Assembly (NCBI GenBank): GCA_963663895.2
Contig: CAXXRD010000001.1
Coordinates: forward strand, 64,001-128,000
Source of the DNA: Dehalococcoidia bacterium
Lineage (GTDB): Bacteria > Chloroflexota > Dehalococcoidia > Bin125
Direction of reading: 5' to 3'
Length of the DNA: 64,000 nt
How positions within the stretch are numbered: the first letter of the stretch is position 1; each line of letters opens with the position of its first letter. The position numbers and the translations under genes were made by a program. The notes below the pieces were generated by a model that was not told the DNA's origin, made no database searches, and saw only the letters and a list, made by a program, of their open reading frames with translations. Below are positions 11,270 to 20,817 of the stretch, piece after piece.

Positions 11270-11346
11270 TGGCGCGCTCGGCGGGATTCGAACCCACGAC
11301 CTCTGCCTCCGCAGGGCAGCGCTCTAATCCACTGAGCTACGAGCGC
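11270..11346 (-). tRNA. tRNA-Arg(GCG)
   Basis: GCGCTCGTAGCTCAGTGGATTAGAGC-GCTGCC-CT-GCG-GA-GGCAG...GGTTCGAATCC...GCGCGCCA. Confidence 0.93.
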
Positions 11347-11415
11347 GCGGTACGATCGTCGCAGATGCGGACGCGGCGGGCTACCGCCGGCCCTTGCACC
11401 CTTGAAAAAAGAGGG

Positions 11416-11501
11416 TGGTGCCGAAGGGGAGATTTGAACTCCCACGCCCTTGCGGGCACTGCGTCCTGAACGCAGCGCGTCTGCCATTCCGCCACTTCGG
11501 C
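11416..11501 (-). tRNA. tRNA-Leu(CAG)
   Basis: GCCGAAGTGGCGGAATGGCAGACGC...TT-CAG-GA; long variable arm; CCA end. Confidence 0.96.
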
Positions 11502-11509
11502 GCGAACCC

Positions 11510-11586
11510 TGGTGGGCGATGGAGGACTTGAACCTCCGACCTTCCGGATGTGAACCGGACGCTCTGGCCAGCTGAGCTAATCGCCC
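11510..11586 (-). tRNA. tRNA-Val(CAC)
   Basis: GGGCGATTAGCTCAG...TCCGG-TT-CAC-AT-CCGGA...CCA. Confidence 0.96.
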
Positions 11587-11618
11587 GAGACGGACCCTCT
11601 TCGGTTGTGTGGGGGGTG

Positions 11619-11694
11619 TGGTAGCAGCGGCAGGACTCGAACCTGCGACACGGGGCTTATGAGTCCCCTGCTCTGCCAACTGAGCTACGCTGCC
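11619..11694 (-). tRNA. tRNA with CAT anticodon (elongator Met likely; Ile2 not excluded)
   Basis: GGCAGCGTAGCTCAGTTGGCAGAGC...CT-CAT-AA...CCA. It lacks the initiator C1:A72 mismatch. Confidence 0.9.
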
Positions 11695-11940
11695 CCGCCT
11701 CCGGCAGCGACCCGTGAGCGATGCTAAGTTCGCGCAAAAAGGCGGTCAACGAGACGACGCCCCCGGGACGCTGCGGGGAACCCCTAACGATCCAAAGTAT
11801 ACCCGCCGCGCGTAACTCAAGCAGTGGCCCCGGCGGCGGAGCCGGCTTGGCAGCGCGGGAGGGGCGGAGGACGCTATGACTTGGGACTGGGCGGGCCCGG
11901 ACTCCGCGATTCCGTCCCGCTGACGACGAGTGCGATCCGA

Positions 11941-13131
11941 ATGTCCTTCCCCGCATCTCTCCCATCGAAGCTCTGGCGCTTTCTCGCCGGGTTCGAGTTC
12001 ACGATCCTCAAGCGGCCCGCCGGCCCGGGGCAGGCGGCGGTCAGACTCGCGACCGTCGCCGCCATCGTCGCGGCAGTCCTCGTTCCCATTCTCCTCTTGG
12101 AACCCGACGGCGCCGACGTCCGCGCGATCGCCGGCGAGCAGTTTCTCGCCGACCTGGAAGAGCTCGACACTCTCACGGAACAGATCGCGGCTCTCAAAGA
12201 CGATGCCGCCGCCGGCCGGGAGCGGGCGACCTTGGAAGCACGTGCCGCCGAGCTGACCGAGCGGACCCAGCTGGGCTACCTGCCGCGCGAGGGCGACGCC
12301 CCCCAGGTCGGCGCCCTCGCGCCCGACTTCCGGCTCCTGGATCTCGACGGCATCCCGGTCCGGCTTCGCGAGGTTGGCACTCCCGCGGTTGTGAACTTCT
12401 GGGCTTCCTGGTGCACGTTCTGCATTGAGGAGATGCCGGACTTCCAGCGCGTGCACGCGCTCGCGGGCGACGACGTCACCATCATCGGCATCAACCGGGC
12501 GGAGCCGCTGCCCGTCGTGCGGCGCTTCGCCGACGAGACGGGCGCCACATACGCGCTGGTGCTCGATACCGAGGACGAGCTGGGCGGCGTCTACCGCGTG
12601 ATCGGCATGCCGACCACGCTCTACATCGGCACCGACGGACGGGTCGCGGAGATGCGGATCGGCTTCACGACTTTCGATCAGATCCGTGAATCCGTCGAGC
12701 GCATTACCGGCGAGCGGTTGGCGGCCGACACGCCCGTGGACGCGGGCTACGGCGAGCGCGTCCGCGACCTGATCGACTCCCAGCGCGCCAACCACGCCGT
12801 GGCCGGCGACCTCTTCGCCCGCTTCGCGATCGAGCCGGGGCTGGACGGCGACGTGGTCTGGCAGCGCAACGTCATCGGGCAGGCGCGCGCCTGGCTCGTC
12901 AATCTGCGCGCCCTCCAAGCGCTCGCCCCATCCGGGACCGCGGCGGCGGCGCATCGGGACCTCGTCGATTCCCTGCTGCCGATCGAGACGGCGGCCGCCC
13001 TCTTCGAGGCCGCGATCGACGCGGGCGACGCCGGGCGGATCGCGCGAGGGATCGCCCTCTTCGAGCAGGCGCTCCCCGCTTTCAATGACGCTGCCGCTAC
13101 CCTGCTTGCGGTCCTCGGCCCCGGCCGGTGA
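11941..13131 (+). CDS. Membrane-anchored TlpA/ResA-family thiol:disulfide oxidoreductase with an extra C-terminal helical domain
   Basis: N-terminal TM segment, APDFRL, VVNFWASWCTFC, GMPTT. Start uncertain. Confidence 0.85.
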   Translation: MSFPASLPSKLWRFLAGFEFTILKRPAGPGQAAVRLATVAAIVAAVLVPILLLEPDGADVRAIAGEQFLADLEELDTLTEQIAALKDDAAAGRERATLEARAAELTERTQLGYLPREGDAPQVGALAPDFRLLDLDGIPVRLREVGTPAVVNFWASWCTFCIEEMPDFQRVHALAGDDVTIIGINRAEPLPVVRRFADETGATYALVLDTEDELGGVYRVIGMPTTLYIGTDGRVAEMRIGFTTFDQIRESVERITGERLAADTPVDAGYGERVRDLIDSQRANHAVAGDLFARFAIEPGLDGDVVWQRNVIGQARAWLVNLRALQALAPSGTAAAAHRDLVDSLLPIETAAALFEAAIDAGDAGRIARGIALFEQALPAFNDAAATLLAVLGPGR

Positions 13132-13221
13132 CCCGCCGGCACGCTGGGCCGCTCTTCTCGAACGCGCCCCGGCGTGCCACGATGATCCCGGCTCGTAACG
13201 CGAAGCGGGCCGAGGAAGCTC

Positions 13222-13298
13222 GGGCGATTAGCTCAGATGGCAAGAGCATCCGGTTTACACCCGGAAGGTCGGAGGTTCGAGTCCCCCATCGCCCACCA
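13222..13298 (+). tRNA. tRNA-Val(TAC)
   Basis: GGGCGATTAGCTCAG...TT-TAC-AC...CCA; one A:C mismatch in the T-stem. Confidence 0.93.
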
Positions 13299-13508
13299 GT
13301 TCATAGCTAAGGCCTGCGGGGACTCGAATTCCCCCGTCATGGCGTACGACTGAGATTCTCCTAAGGCACCGGATCCCCATATGGCTACAGTGGACGATGG
13401 CGACGCCCTGAAGATGCCGTATCGCAAGATCGTCAAGCGGCGACTGCGGGTCAGGTCCTTGCCGACGCATGGGACGCGGACGACGAGCCGCTTTCGAGAA
13501 GAGGATTC

Positions 13509-14327
13509 TCAGGCGTGGGCTCTGCGCCTAAACAAGGCGACCAGGACGAATATCCCGCTTGCGATCAGGGTCATGGCGGGACCGGCGGGCAGGTTGAAGT
13601 AGTAGGAGACATAGAGGCCCGTCACGGCGGCCGCGGTCCCCATCACGGCGGCCGCCACCATCATCGGGACGAACCGTCTGACCAGCAGGTAGGCCGTGGC
13701 GGCGGGCGTGACCAGCATCGCCATGACGAGAACGATGCCCGCCGCCTGAATCCCGATCACGATCACAAGGGCGAGCATGACCAGCAGCACGTAGTCGACG
13801 AAGCTGGTGCGCCGGTCGAACACCTGCGACCCCACCGGATCAAAGCTCGTGAACAGCAGCCAGTGGTGCAGCGTGAAGAGCCCCAGGATGACCAGCACGG
13901 TGATCCCGAGGGAGATGTAGATGCCGGTCGGCGTCAGGGCCAGGACTTGCCCCAGGAGTAGGTCCTCCATATCGATGCGAATCGTTGCGGAAGTGGCCAG
14001 CATGACCAGTCCCAGGGCGAACATGGCCGCGAAAAGAATGCCGATGGACGTATCCGTGCTGAGGCCCGCCCGCCGGCTCACCGTCCGGACCAGCGTGGCC
14101 ACGGTCACCCCCGTGGGGACGGCGGCGATGGCCGGGTTGATGCCGACGAGGAACCCCAGCACCATGCCCGGCAGCACGGCGTGGGCGAGCGCGTCCCCGA
14201 GGAAGGCGAGGTTCCGGGTGACGACGTAGGCGCCGACCAGCGGACACATCACGCCCACAAGGATCGAGCCGATGAGGGCTCGCACCATGAAGCCGTACTG
14301 AAGCGGATCGACGATGAAATCGATCAC
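13509..14327 (-). CDS. Zn/Mn ABC transporter permease (ZnuB/AztB-like)
   Basis: FLGDALAHAVLPG motif; hydrophobic. GTG at 14327 overlaps the ATPase stop codon. Confidence 0.92.
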   Translation of the reverse strand: MIDFIVDPLQYGFMVRALIGSILVGVMCPLVGAYVVTRNLAFLGDALAHAVLPGMVLGFLVGINPAIAAVPTGVTVATLVRTVSRRAGLSTDTSIGILFAAMFALGLVMLATSATIRIDMEDLLLGQVLALTPTGIYISLGITVLVILGLFTLHHWLLFTSFDPVGSQVFDRRTSFVDYVLLVMLALVIVIGIQAAGIVLVMAMLVTPAATAYLLVRRFVPMMVAAAVMGTAAAVTGLYVSYYFNLPAGPAMTLIASGIFVLVALFRRRAHA

Positions 14328-15091
14328 GCCGTCTTGCTGTCGGCCTTTTCCACTGTGAGGCGCATCCCGTGGGCGCCGTACAGCTCCTCCATGACCTCGG
14401 AGGTGAACACCTGGTCGGGAGGGCCACAGGCGCACACATGGCGGTTCAGGCACAGGACCTGGTCGAAGCGGCCGGCCAGGTTGGTGAGGTCGTGGGTCGC
14501 CACCAGGATGATGCGCCCTTCATCCCGCAGTGTTTGGAGGACATCGACGAGATCCTCCTGGGCGCCGACGTCGACGCCGCTGAAGGCCTCATCCAGGAGA
14601 AGCACGCTGGCCTCCTGGGCCAGCGCCCGGGCGACGAATACCCGCTGCCTCTCCCCTCCAGAGAGCTCCGTCATGAGAGCCGCGCGGTGATCCCACAGGC
14701 CCACGCGGCCCAGGCAGGCGTTGACAAGCTCCCGGTCCCGCTTGCCGGGCCGCCGGAACCACCCCAGTCGGCAGCACCGGCCCATCATGACCACGTCCAT
14801 CACGCTCACGGGAAAGCGCCAGTTGACGCTCTCGCGTTGAGGCACGTAGGCCAGCTCGCCGCTCCCCTGGTCCACCCGGTGAAGGGTGACCTTCCCCCGG
14901 CGGACCGGGAGGAGCCCGGCAATCGCATTGAACAGGGTGCTCTTGCCGGCTCCGTTCGGTCCGACGACGCCCATCAGCGTCCCCGCGTCGACCTCGAAGG
15001 TGACGTTGCTCAGGGCCATGTGCCCGTCGAGCTCGACCGCCACGTCCTCAATCGACATGCTCGCGCTGTGGGCGCCCGGACCGGTGCTCAC
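14324..15091 (-). CDS. Zn/Mn ABC transporter ATPase (ZnuC/AztA-like)
   Basis: GPNGAGKST, YVPQR, LSGGERQR, LLLDE. Confidence 0.94.
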   Translation of the reverse strand: MSTGPGAHSASMSIEDVAVELDGHMALSNVTFEVDAGTLMGVVGPNGAGKSTLFNAIAGLLPVRRGKVTLHRVDQGSGELAYVPQRESVNWRFPVSVMDVVMMGRCCRLGWFRRPGKRDRELVNACLGRVGLWDHRAALMTELSGGERQRVFVARALAQEASVLLLDEAFSGVDVGAQEDLVDVLQTLRDEGRIILVATHDLTNLAGRFDQVLCLNRHVCACGPPDQVFTSEVMEELYGAHGMRLTVEKADSKTA

Positions 15092-17406
15092 CGCAATGCC
15101 TCAACGATGCGTTCGACGTTGGCCCGCACCATGGTGAGGTAGGTGTCGGCGCCGCTGCCCTCCGGCCCAAGGGAACCCGAATAGAGCCGGACCAGCTCCG
15201 CGCCGGTCTCCCGTGCGATGGCTTGCGCCAGCCGCTCGCTGACCGTCGTCTCGCCGAATACTGCCGGGATGCCGTGCTCCAGGACCACCCGGACCACTCC
15301 CTCGACGTGCTCCGCCGAGGGCTCGACGTGCGTCGCCAGCGACGGGATGACCAGCCCAACGATCTCGAACCCGTAGGCCCCTGCAAAGTAGGAGAAGGCG
15401 TCGTGCGATGTGACGAGCAGCCGGCGCTCCGGCGCCACCGTACTGACCTGCTCTTGGATCCAGGCGTGCAGCTCGTCGAGCTGTTGCCCGTATTCCGCAG
15501 CGTTCTGACGGTAGACGCTCGCGCTCTCGGGGTCGATGGCCGCAAGCCGATCGGCGATGGTGTTCACGGCGATCTTCACCCGGAGCGGATCGAACCAGAA
15601 GTGCGGATCCAGAGAGCCGTGGTCGTGGGCGTGCCCGTGCTCGTCCTCTTCGTGGCCGTGTTCGTCTTCGTGCGCGTCGTCATGGTCTGCATGGGGCTCG
15701 TCGCCCGATTCGGCGACTCCGACGAAGGCCAGGCTCGACGGCGCGCCGCCCACGTGCCATTCCTCTTCGATCTCCATGTGTTCGAGGTGGACCCCAAGGA
15801 CATGACCGCTGTTGGGGTCGGCGACGTAGAGCCACTCGCCGACGGCGATCATGGCGGCATTGCCCGCCTCGCCCGGCTCGACTAGATCCATCGTCGCGAC
15901 CAAGTCGCCGTCATGCGCGTCCAGCGCGTGCAGCACGCCGTCGGCGCCGAGCACGTAGAACAGCTCGCCGGCGCTTGAGAACACGGCGCCGGCGCTGGGC
16001 TCGTCGAACACTTGGTGCATTTCGCCGTGCTCTACGTCGATCAGCCAGATGCCATCGTCGGCGAAGTTCTGCCCGTCGAAGTAGAAGGCCTTGCTGAAGA
16101 AATGCTCGACGTGGTGGTGCCCGTAGAGCGACCCGATCCGAGAGTCTTCGCGCATCTCCGGCGGATTGGCGATGAACTCGTGCTCGTACTCGCCGTCGTG
16201 CGCGTGGAGGGAGAGCACGCCGCCGGTGCATCCGAAGGCGGCGCCATGCTCATTGTGGGACTCGCCGTGCATGCCCGGGCATGCGCGGTTGCTGGCGTCG
16301 TAGACGACCCGATCACTGAAGTCGCGGACTTCCACGCCAACAGGCAGGCTGTCGTCGGGGTCGGGATTCTTCGTGGTAATGACGACGTGCTCGTCCGAGA
16401 TGACCAGCGCCGCGCCATGCTGCGGTCCGGCCTCGAACACGACCGGTTCGTAGTCGCCCGTCGAGCTGGCCAGATCCTGCTCGTTGATCAGGATGGCGTG
16501 CCCGTGGGCGTCGGCGAAGATCGCGGTCCAGCCGTGGCTGTTGACGTAGTGGATCGGCTGTTCCTCGGCGATCTCCAGCGCATGGCGGGAGACCGGCTCC
16601 TGGACAAGGTCGTAGTGATCGCCGTGCTCGACCAGGAAGACGCCGCCGTCGAAGACATGGATACGGTCGTCGCCGTCCTCCGGCCCGCGGGCGAGGACGA
16701 TGCCGTAGCGGTGAGTGGGGCTGGCCTTGACGGTCGCGCCGGCCGCGGCGACCTCGAAGATTCCGCTGTCAACGTCATCGGTCGACAGATCGATGACGGA
16801 CAGATGCGCTTCCAGCGCGTCGGCGACGAGCAGGCGCCCCGTGATCTTCTCGCCATGATGGTCGTCCCCGTGCTCGTCCTCGTGGCCGTGCTCGTCCTCG
16901 TGGCCGTGGTCGTCATGCAAATCGGCCGTGGCGAACTCCACAGGATCGACGCCGTCCCCAAGCGCGACGAGCTTGGAGTCATCTGCACTGGCGTTGTGCA
17001 GCAGATCCTCCAGCCAATCGGCCTCCAGGCCGAGACCGACCGTGAAAACGACATCCGCATCCGCCACCTTGGCCACGTCGCGAGGTCCTGGCTGGAATGT
17101 GTGCGGATCGCCACCCGGTGGCAGCAGGCCGAACACCTCGACCCGGTCTCCACCGACCACCCGCGCCCAATCAGCCACAAAGTTGGTGGTGGTCACCACT
17201 TGGACCGGCGGTCCGGAGGGCGCGGCAGCAGGATCATCCGCGCTGGTCGAGGCGGTCGTGGAACGTGCCGCTGCCTGTTCCGTGGCCGCCGCTGTTTGCT
17301 CCGACGGCAGTTCCGGATCCGATCCGTCGCCGCAGGCCGCCACAAGCCCGATCGCGAGCGCCGCGACGAGCCCTCCGAGCAGCTTCCGCTGGATTCCTCT
17401 CATCAT
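15088..17406 (-). CDS. Zinc ABC substrate-binding lipoprotein (ZnuA/AztC) with an inserted AztD-like beta-propeller
   Basis: Lipobox LVAAC. SBP N-half (DPHTFQP, GLGLE) and C-half (DPHFWFDP, SHDAFSYFA, VFGE) are separated by two His-rich linkers around a ~375-aa domain with EHGDH, QHG, CPGMHGE and FGC motifs. Confidence 0.88.
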   Translation of the reverse strand: MMRGIQRKLLGGLVAALAIGLVAACGDGSDPELPSEQTAAATEQAAARSTTASTSADDPAAAPSGPPVQVVTTTNFVADWARVVGGDRVEVFGLLPPGGDPHTFQPGPRDVAKVADADVVFTVGLGLEADWLEDLLHNASADDSKLVALGDGVDPVEFATADLHDDHGHEDEHGHEDEHGDDHHGEKITGRLLVADALEAHLSVIDLSTDDVDSGIFEVAAAGATVKASPTHRYGIVLARGPEDGDDRIHVFDGGVFLVEHGDHYDLVQEPVSRHALEIAEEQPIHYVNSHGWTAIFADAHGHAILINEQDLASSTGDYEPVVFEAGPQHGAALVISDEHVVITTKNPDPDDSLPVGVEVRDFSDRVVYDASNRACPGMHGESHNEHGAAFGCTGGVLSLHAHDGEYEHEFIANPPEMREDSRIGSLYGHHHVEHFFSKAFYFDGQNFADDGIWLIDVEHGEMHQVFDEPSAGAVFSSAGELFYVLGADGVLHALDAHDGDLVATMDLVEPGEAGNAAMIAVGEWLYVADPNSGHVLGVHLEHMEIEEEWHVGGAPSSLAFVGVAESGDEPHADHDDAHEDEHGHEEDEHGHAHDHGSLDPHFWFDPLRVKIAVNTIADRLAAIDPESASVYRQNAAEYGQQLDELHAWIQEQVSTVAPERRLLVTSHDAFSYFAGAYGFEIVGLVIPSLATHVEPSAEHVEGVVRVVLEHGIPAVFGETTVSERLAQAIARETGAELVRLYSGSLGPEGSGADTYLTMVRANVERIVEALR

Positions 17407-17425
17407 GGGTTGCCCTTCTTTCAAC

Positions 17426-17444
17426 AATAAGAACCATTCTTATT
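17426..17444. promoter_or_regulatory. Zur/Fur-family operator palindrome
   Basis: Perfect AATAAGAA-N3-TTCTTATT palindrome, AT-rich in a GC-rich background, about 20 nt upstream of the zinc operon start. Confidence 0.75.
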
Positions 17445-17752
17445 AGTAGTTTCGTGACGGGCAATCGTAGGTCCGGGCTCAAGATGGGTCAACCACCTAT
17501 GCCGCCGCGGCGTCGTGGAGCGAACACGGCCGGCCTCGGGCGGCGAGAACGCGACCGGGGGCCAGCCGCACACCAGGACGGCATCCAAGTTCAAGGCCGG
17601 GTGCCTGGCCACCAAGGCGTTCCTCAGATCCGGCCCGTCCAGCGGAACGTTCGCAGTACAGTACGTACCGACCCACCAAAATGGACAAGATGAAGAACCT
17701 GCGTGCTCAGGTTTCGTCTGAACGCCGGCCGCAAGAAAGGACATCCCTCTCT

Positions 17753-18622
17753 ATGCCCGCCATCGACCCATACCTCCGGCATGTCGCCAAGGTCCTCGAC
17801 AGCGAGATGGCGTACGTGGACACGGGCGCCGGGGACCCGATGGTGTTCCTCCACGGAAACCCCACCTCGTCCTACTTGTGGCGGAACGTCATCCCGCATC
17901 TGGCAGAGCACGCGCGCTGCCTGGCTCCCGATCTGATCGGCATGGGAGACTCGGGCAAATCGTCCGACGGCTCGTACCGGTTCGTGGACCACGCCAGATA
18001 CCTGGACGCCTGGTTCGACGCCCTGGCACTCAGCGAGCGGGTCGTCCTGGTGACGCACGACTGGGGCTCGGCATTGGGCTTCCACTGGGCCTGTGAGCAC
18101 CCCGAGCGCGTCAAGGGCATCGCCTATATGGAGGGGGTGGTGCGGCCGTTGCAGTGGTCCGAGTGGCCGGAGCCTTCGCGCAGAATCTTCCAGGCGATGC
18201 GCGCGCCGACGGGCGAGGAGATCGTGCTCCAGAAGAACGTCTTCGTCGAGCGCATCCTCCCCGCCAGCATCATGCGCACCCTGACCGCTGAGGAGTTCGC
18301 GACCTACTGCCGCCCCTACCTGGAGCCCGGCGAATCGCGCCGCCCCACGCTCACCTGGCCTCGGGAGATCCCGTTCGACGGCGAGCCCGCCGACGTAGCC
18401 GCGACCGTGCAACGCTACGCGGACTGGCTCGCAGGCAGCGACCAGTTGCCCAAGCTGTTCATCAACGCCGACCCCGGCGTCATCCTCGTGGGCGCGCAAC
18501 GGGAGTTCTGCCGGACCTGGCCCAATCAGCGCGAGGTGACGGTGCAGGGGCTGCACTTTATCCAGGAGGACTCTCCCGACGCAATCGGCCAAGCGATCGC
18601 CGAGTGGTACGCGTCTCTTTGA
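17753..18622 (+). CDS. Haloalkane dehalogenase (DhaA/LinB type)
   Basis: [19 protein letters not shown] nucleophile elbow, [17 protein letters not shown]. Confidence 0.92.
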   Translation: MPAIDPYLRHVAKVLDSEMAYVDTGAGDPMVFLHGNPTSSYLWRNVIPHLAEHARCLAPDLIGMGDSGKSSDGSYRFVDHARYLDAWFDALALSERVVLVTHDWGSALGFHWACEHPERVKGIAYMEGVVRPLQWSEWPEPSRRIFQAMRAPTGEEIVLQKNVFVERILPASIMRTLTAEEFATYCRPYLEPGESRRPTLTWPREIPFDGEPADVAATVQRYADWLAGSDQLPKLFINADPGVILVGAQREFCRTWPNQREVTVQGLHFIQEDSPDAIGQAIAEWYASL

Positions 18623-18902
18623 GGTGGAGTGCGTCGACAGGACCGGCGGACGGGCGCGTGTGCCGGCGCATGCCGTTGGCGCGGGCCGGAAACGATAGCG
18701 AGCGGGGATGAAGATGACGGGCGGTGGCGGCGGGGGGGGATCCTGCGATCCTGCCGGCTGCGTGCTGATCGCGGGCTCGCCGCCGTATGCTCTGCGCGAT
18801 CCTCGGACGGGAGTGACTCCCAGCGGTCTCGAAGCGCCCCGCCCGACCAGCTAGGCTTAGCAGCGTCGGGCCGAGCGGGTCCGCCCGAAAGGAGCTGTCC
18901 GC

Positions 18903-20693
18903 ATGGCAGAAGCCTCGACTTCCTCCAGCCGTCTCCAGATCGACCCGATCACCTTTGAGGTCCTGCGCAACGCCTTCATCGCCGTCTGCAACGAGATGGC
19001 GCTCGTCGTGCAGCAAACCGCCTACTCCACAGCGGTGAACGAGGGCCATGACTTCTCGGGGTCCCTCTACGACCGCCACGGCAAGCTCGTCTCGCAAGGC
19101 GAGTTCGACTTGCCGGCCTTCGTAGGGATCACGCAGTTGACCGTGCCGGAGGTTGTCCGCGCCGTCGGGATCGAAAACATCAAAGAGGGCGACATCTACA
19201 TCATCAACGACCCCTACGTCGCCAGCACGCACTGCAACGACGTACACGTGGTGAAGCCGATCTTCCATGCAGGCGGCCTGGTGGGGTTCGTCACGTCGAC
19301 CGCGCACTGGTCGGACGTCGGCGGGATCTATCCGGGGTCATTGAACGCGCGGGCGCGGACCCACTTCGAAGAAGGGATCCGGATTCCCGCCATTCGGATC
19401 CACCGCGAGGGCAAGCTGAACAACGACGTGCTGCAGATCCTGCTCGCGAACATGCGCGAGGGTTGGGAGCGCGTGGGCGATCTGAATTCCCAAGTGGCCG
19501 CGGTGAACGTGGGCGAGTCGCGCGTGCAGGCGATCATCCAGAAGCACGGCGCCGCGCGGATGATGGAGACCATGGCGGAAGTGCAGGATCACTCGGAACG
19601 GCTGGCGCGGGCGGCCTGGTCCGCCATCCCGGACGGCGTCTACACGGGCGAAGATCACATCGATAAGGACATCTACACCGGCGAGCCGGTGACCGTGCGG
19701 CTGAAGCTCCGGGTCGAAGGCGATCACGCCATCTTCGACTTCACGGAGAGCGACGGCCCCGCACAGGCGGCGATCAACTGCACCATCGCCGGCACGACCT
19801 CGGGCATCTTCATCTCGGCGGCCTCCATCCTGCCGCCCATGCCGATGAACGCCGGCGTCATGCGCACCATTGAGATTCAGGCAAAACGCGGTTCGATCGT
19901 CTGGGCGGAGCCGCCGGTGGCGGTGTCCGGGCTGGCGGCGACGAGCCTCGAGATGGTGATTAGCTCGGTCATGCAGGCGCTCACCAAGGCGACGCCCGAG
20001 CGCGGCGTGGCGACGCCCTACAGCATCCTCAACACGATCTTCGCCGGCAGCGACCAACGGCCCGAGTTCGCCGCCGACTTCATCAACTACGTCTGGAGCT
20101 TCGGCGGCTGGGGCGCCACCAAGTACAAGGACGGTCCCAACGCCGTGGGGTCCGCCTACGCCGGCGGAACGCAGAACGTGCCCTGCGAGATCCAGGAGCG
20201 GCGCTACCCTCTCGTCTGGCGCCGCTATCAGCTCGTGCCGGATACGGGCGGCCCCGGGCGCTCACGCGGCGGGCTCGGCTTGGATCAGCTGATGGAGTTC
20301 CCTTACGGTCCGGGCACGCTCTCCTGCGTGGGCGACCGCGAGGTGTTCGGACCGCCCGGCGCCTTTGGCGGCGGCCAAGGAGCGCTCGCCGGCCTCTCCG
20401 TCAACAAAGGCACCGCGAGCGAGCGCAATATCGGCATCTTCTGCTCCGGCGAGAAGATCGTCCCCGGGGAGACGGCCTCGTTCTGGTCCGCGGGCGGCGG
20501 GGGCTTCGGCGACCCGCTGGAGCGGCCGATCGAAGCCGTCCTTGAAGACATCCAGGATGACTACGTGACGACCGCCGCCGCCCGTTCGCAGTACGGCGTG
20601 GTGGTGCAGGAGATCGACCGGCGCCGTCTCGAATATCGTATCGACCAGGATGCGACGGCCAAGCTGCGGGCGGAGCTGCGCGCCGCAAGGTAG
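18903..20693 (+). CDS. Hydantoinase B/oxoprolinase family protein
   Basis: DPITFEVL, NDPY..STHCND, HWSDVGG, EEGIRIP, GGGGFGDP. Confidence 0.92.
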   Translation: MAEASTSSSRLQIDPITFEVLRNAFIAVCNEMALVVQQTAYSTAVNEGHDFSGSLYDRHGKLVSQGEFDLPAFVGITQLTVPEVVRAVGIENIKEGDIYIINDPYVASTHCNDVHVVKPIFHAGGLVGFVTSTAHWSDVGGIYPGSLNARARTHFEEGIRIPAIRIHREGKLNNDVLQILLANMREGWERVGDLNSQVAAVNVGESRVQAIIQKHGAARMMETMAEVQDHSERLARAAWSAIPDGVYTGEDHIDKDIYTGEPVTVRLKLRVEGDHAIFDFTESDGPAQAAINCTIAGTTSGIFISAASILPPMPMNAGVMRTIEIQAKRGSIVWAEPPVAVSGLAATSLEMVISSVMQALTKATPERGVATPYSILNTIFAGSDQRPEFAADFINYVWSFGGWGATKYKDGPNAVGSAYAGGTQNVPCEIQERRYPLVWRRYQLVPDTGGPGRSRGGLGLDQLMEFPYGPGTLSCVGDREVFGPPGAFGGGQGALAGLSVNKGTASERNIGIFCSGEKIVPGETASFWSAGGGGFGDPLERPIEAVLEDIQDDYVTTAAARSQYGVVVQEIDRRRLEYRIDQDATAKLRAELRAAR

Positions 20694-20731
20694 ACCGCGG
20701 CAGGGGCTATGATCGCGGCGGCGGCGCAGTG

Positions 20732-20807
20732 CCCCCCGTAGCTCAGCGGATTAGAGCGGTGGTTTCCTAAACCATGTGCGCAGGTTCGATTCCTGCCGGG
20801 GGGACCA
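20732..20807 (+). tRNA. tRNA-Arg(CCT)
   Basis: CCCCCCGTAGCTCAGCGGATTAGAGC...TT-CCT-AA...CGGGGGGACCA. Confidence 0.95.
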
Positions 20808-20817
20808 AGCGCCTCCG

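Noticed and set aside
13381-13602. Possible HicA-like fragment (MPYRKIVKRRL) after tRNA-Val
   Set aside because: The similarity is too short, there is no GSH motif, and the ORF overlaps the permease gene.
16855-16915. 18-bp tandem repeat encoding HGHEDE
   Set aside because: It is explained by the His-rich linker of the zinc-binding protein.
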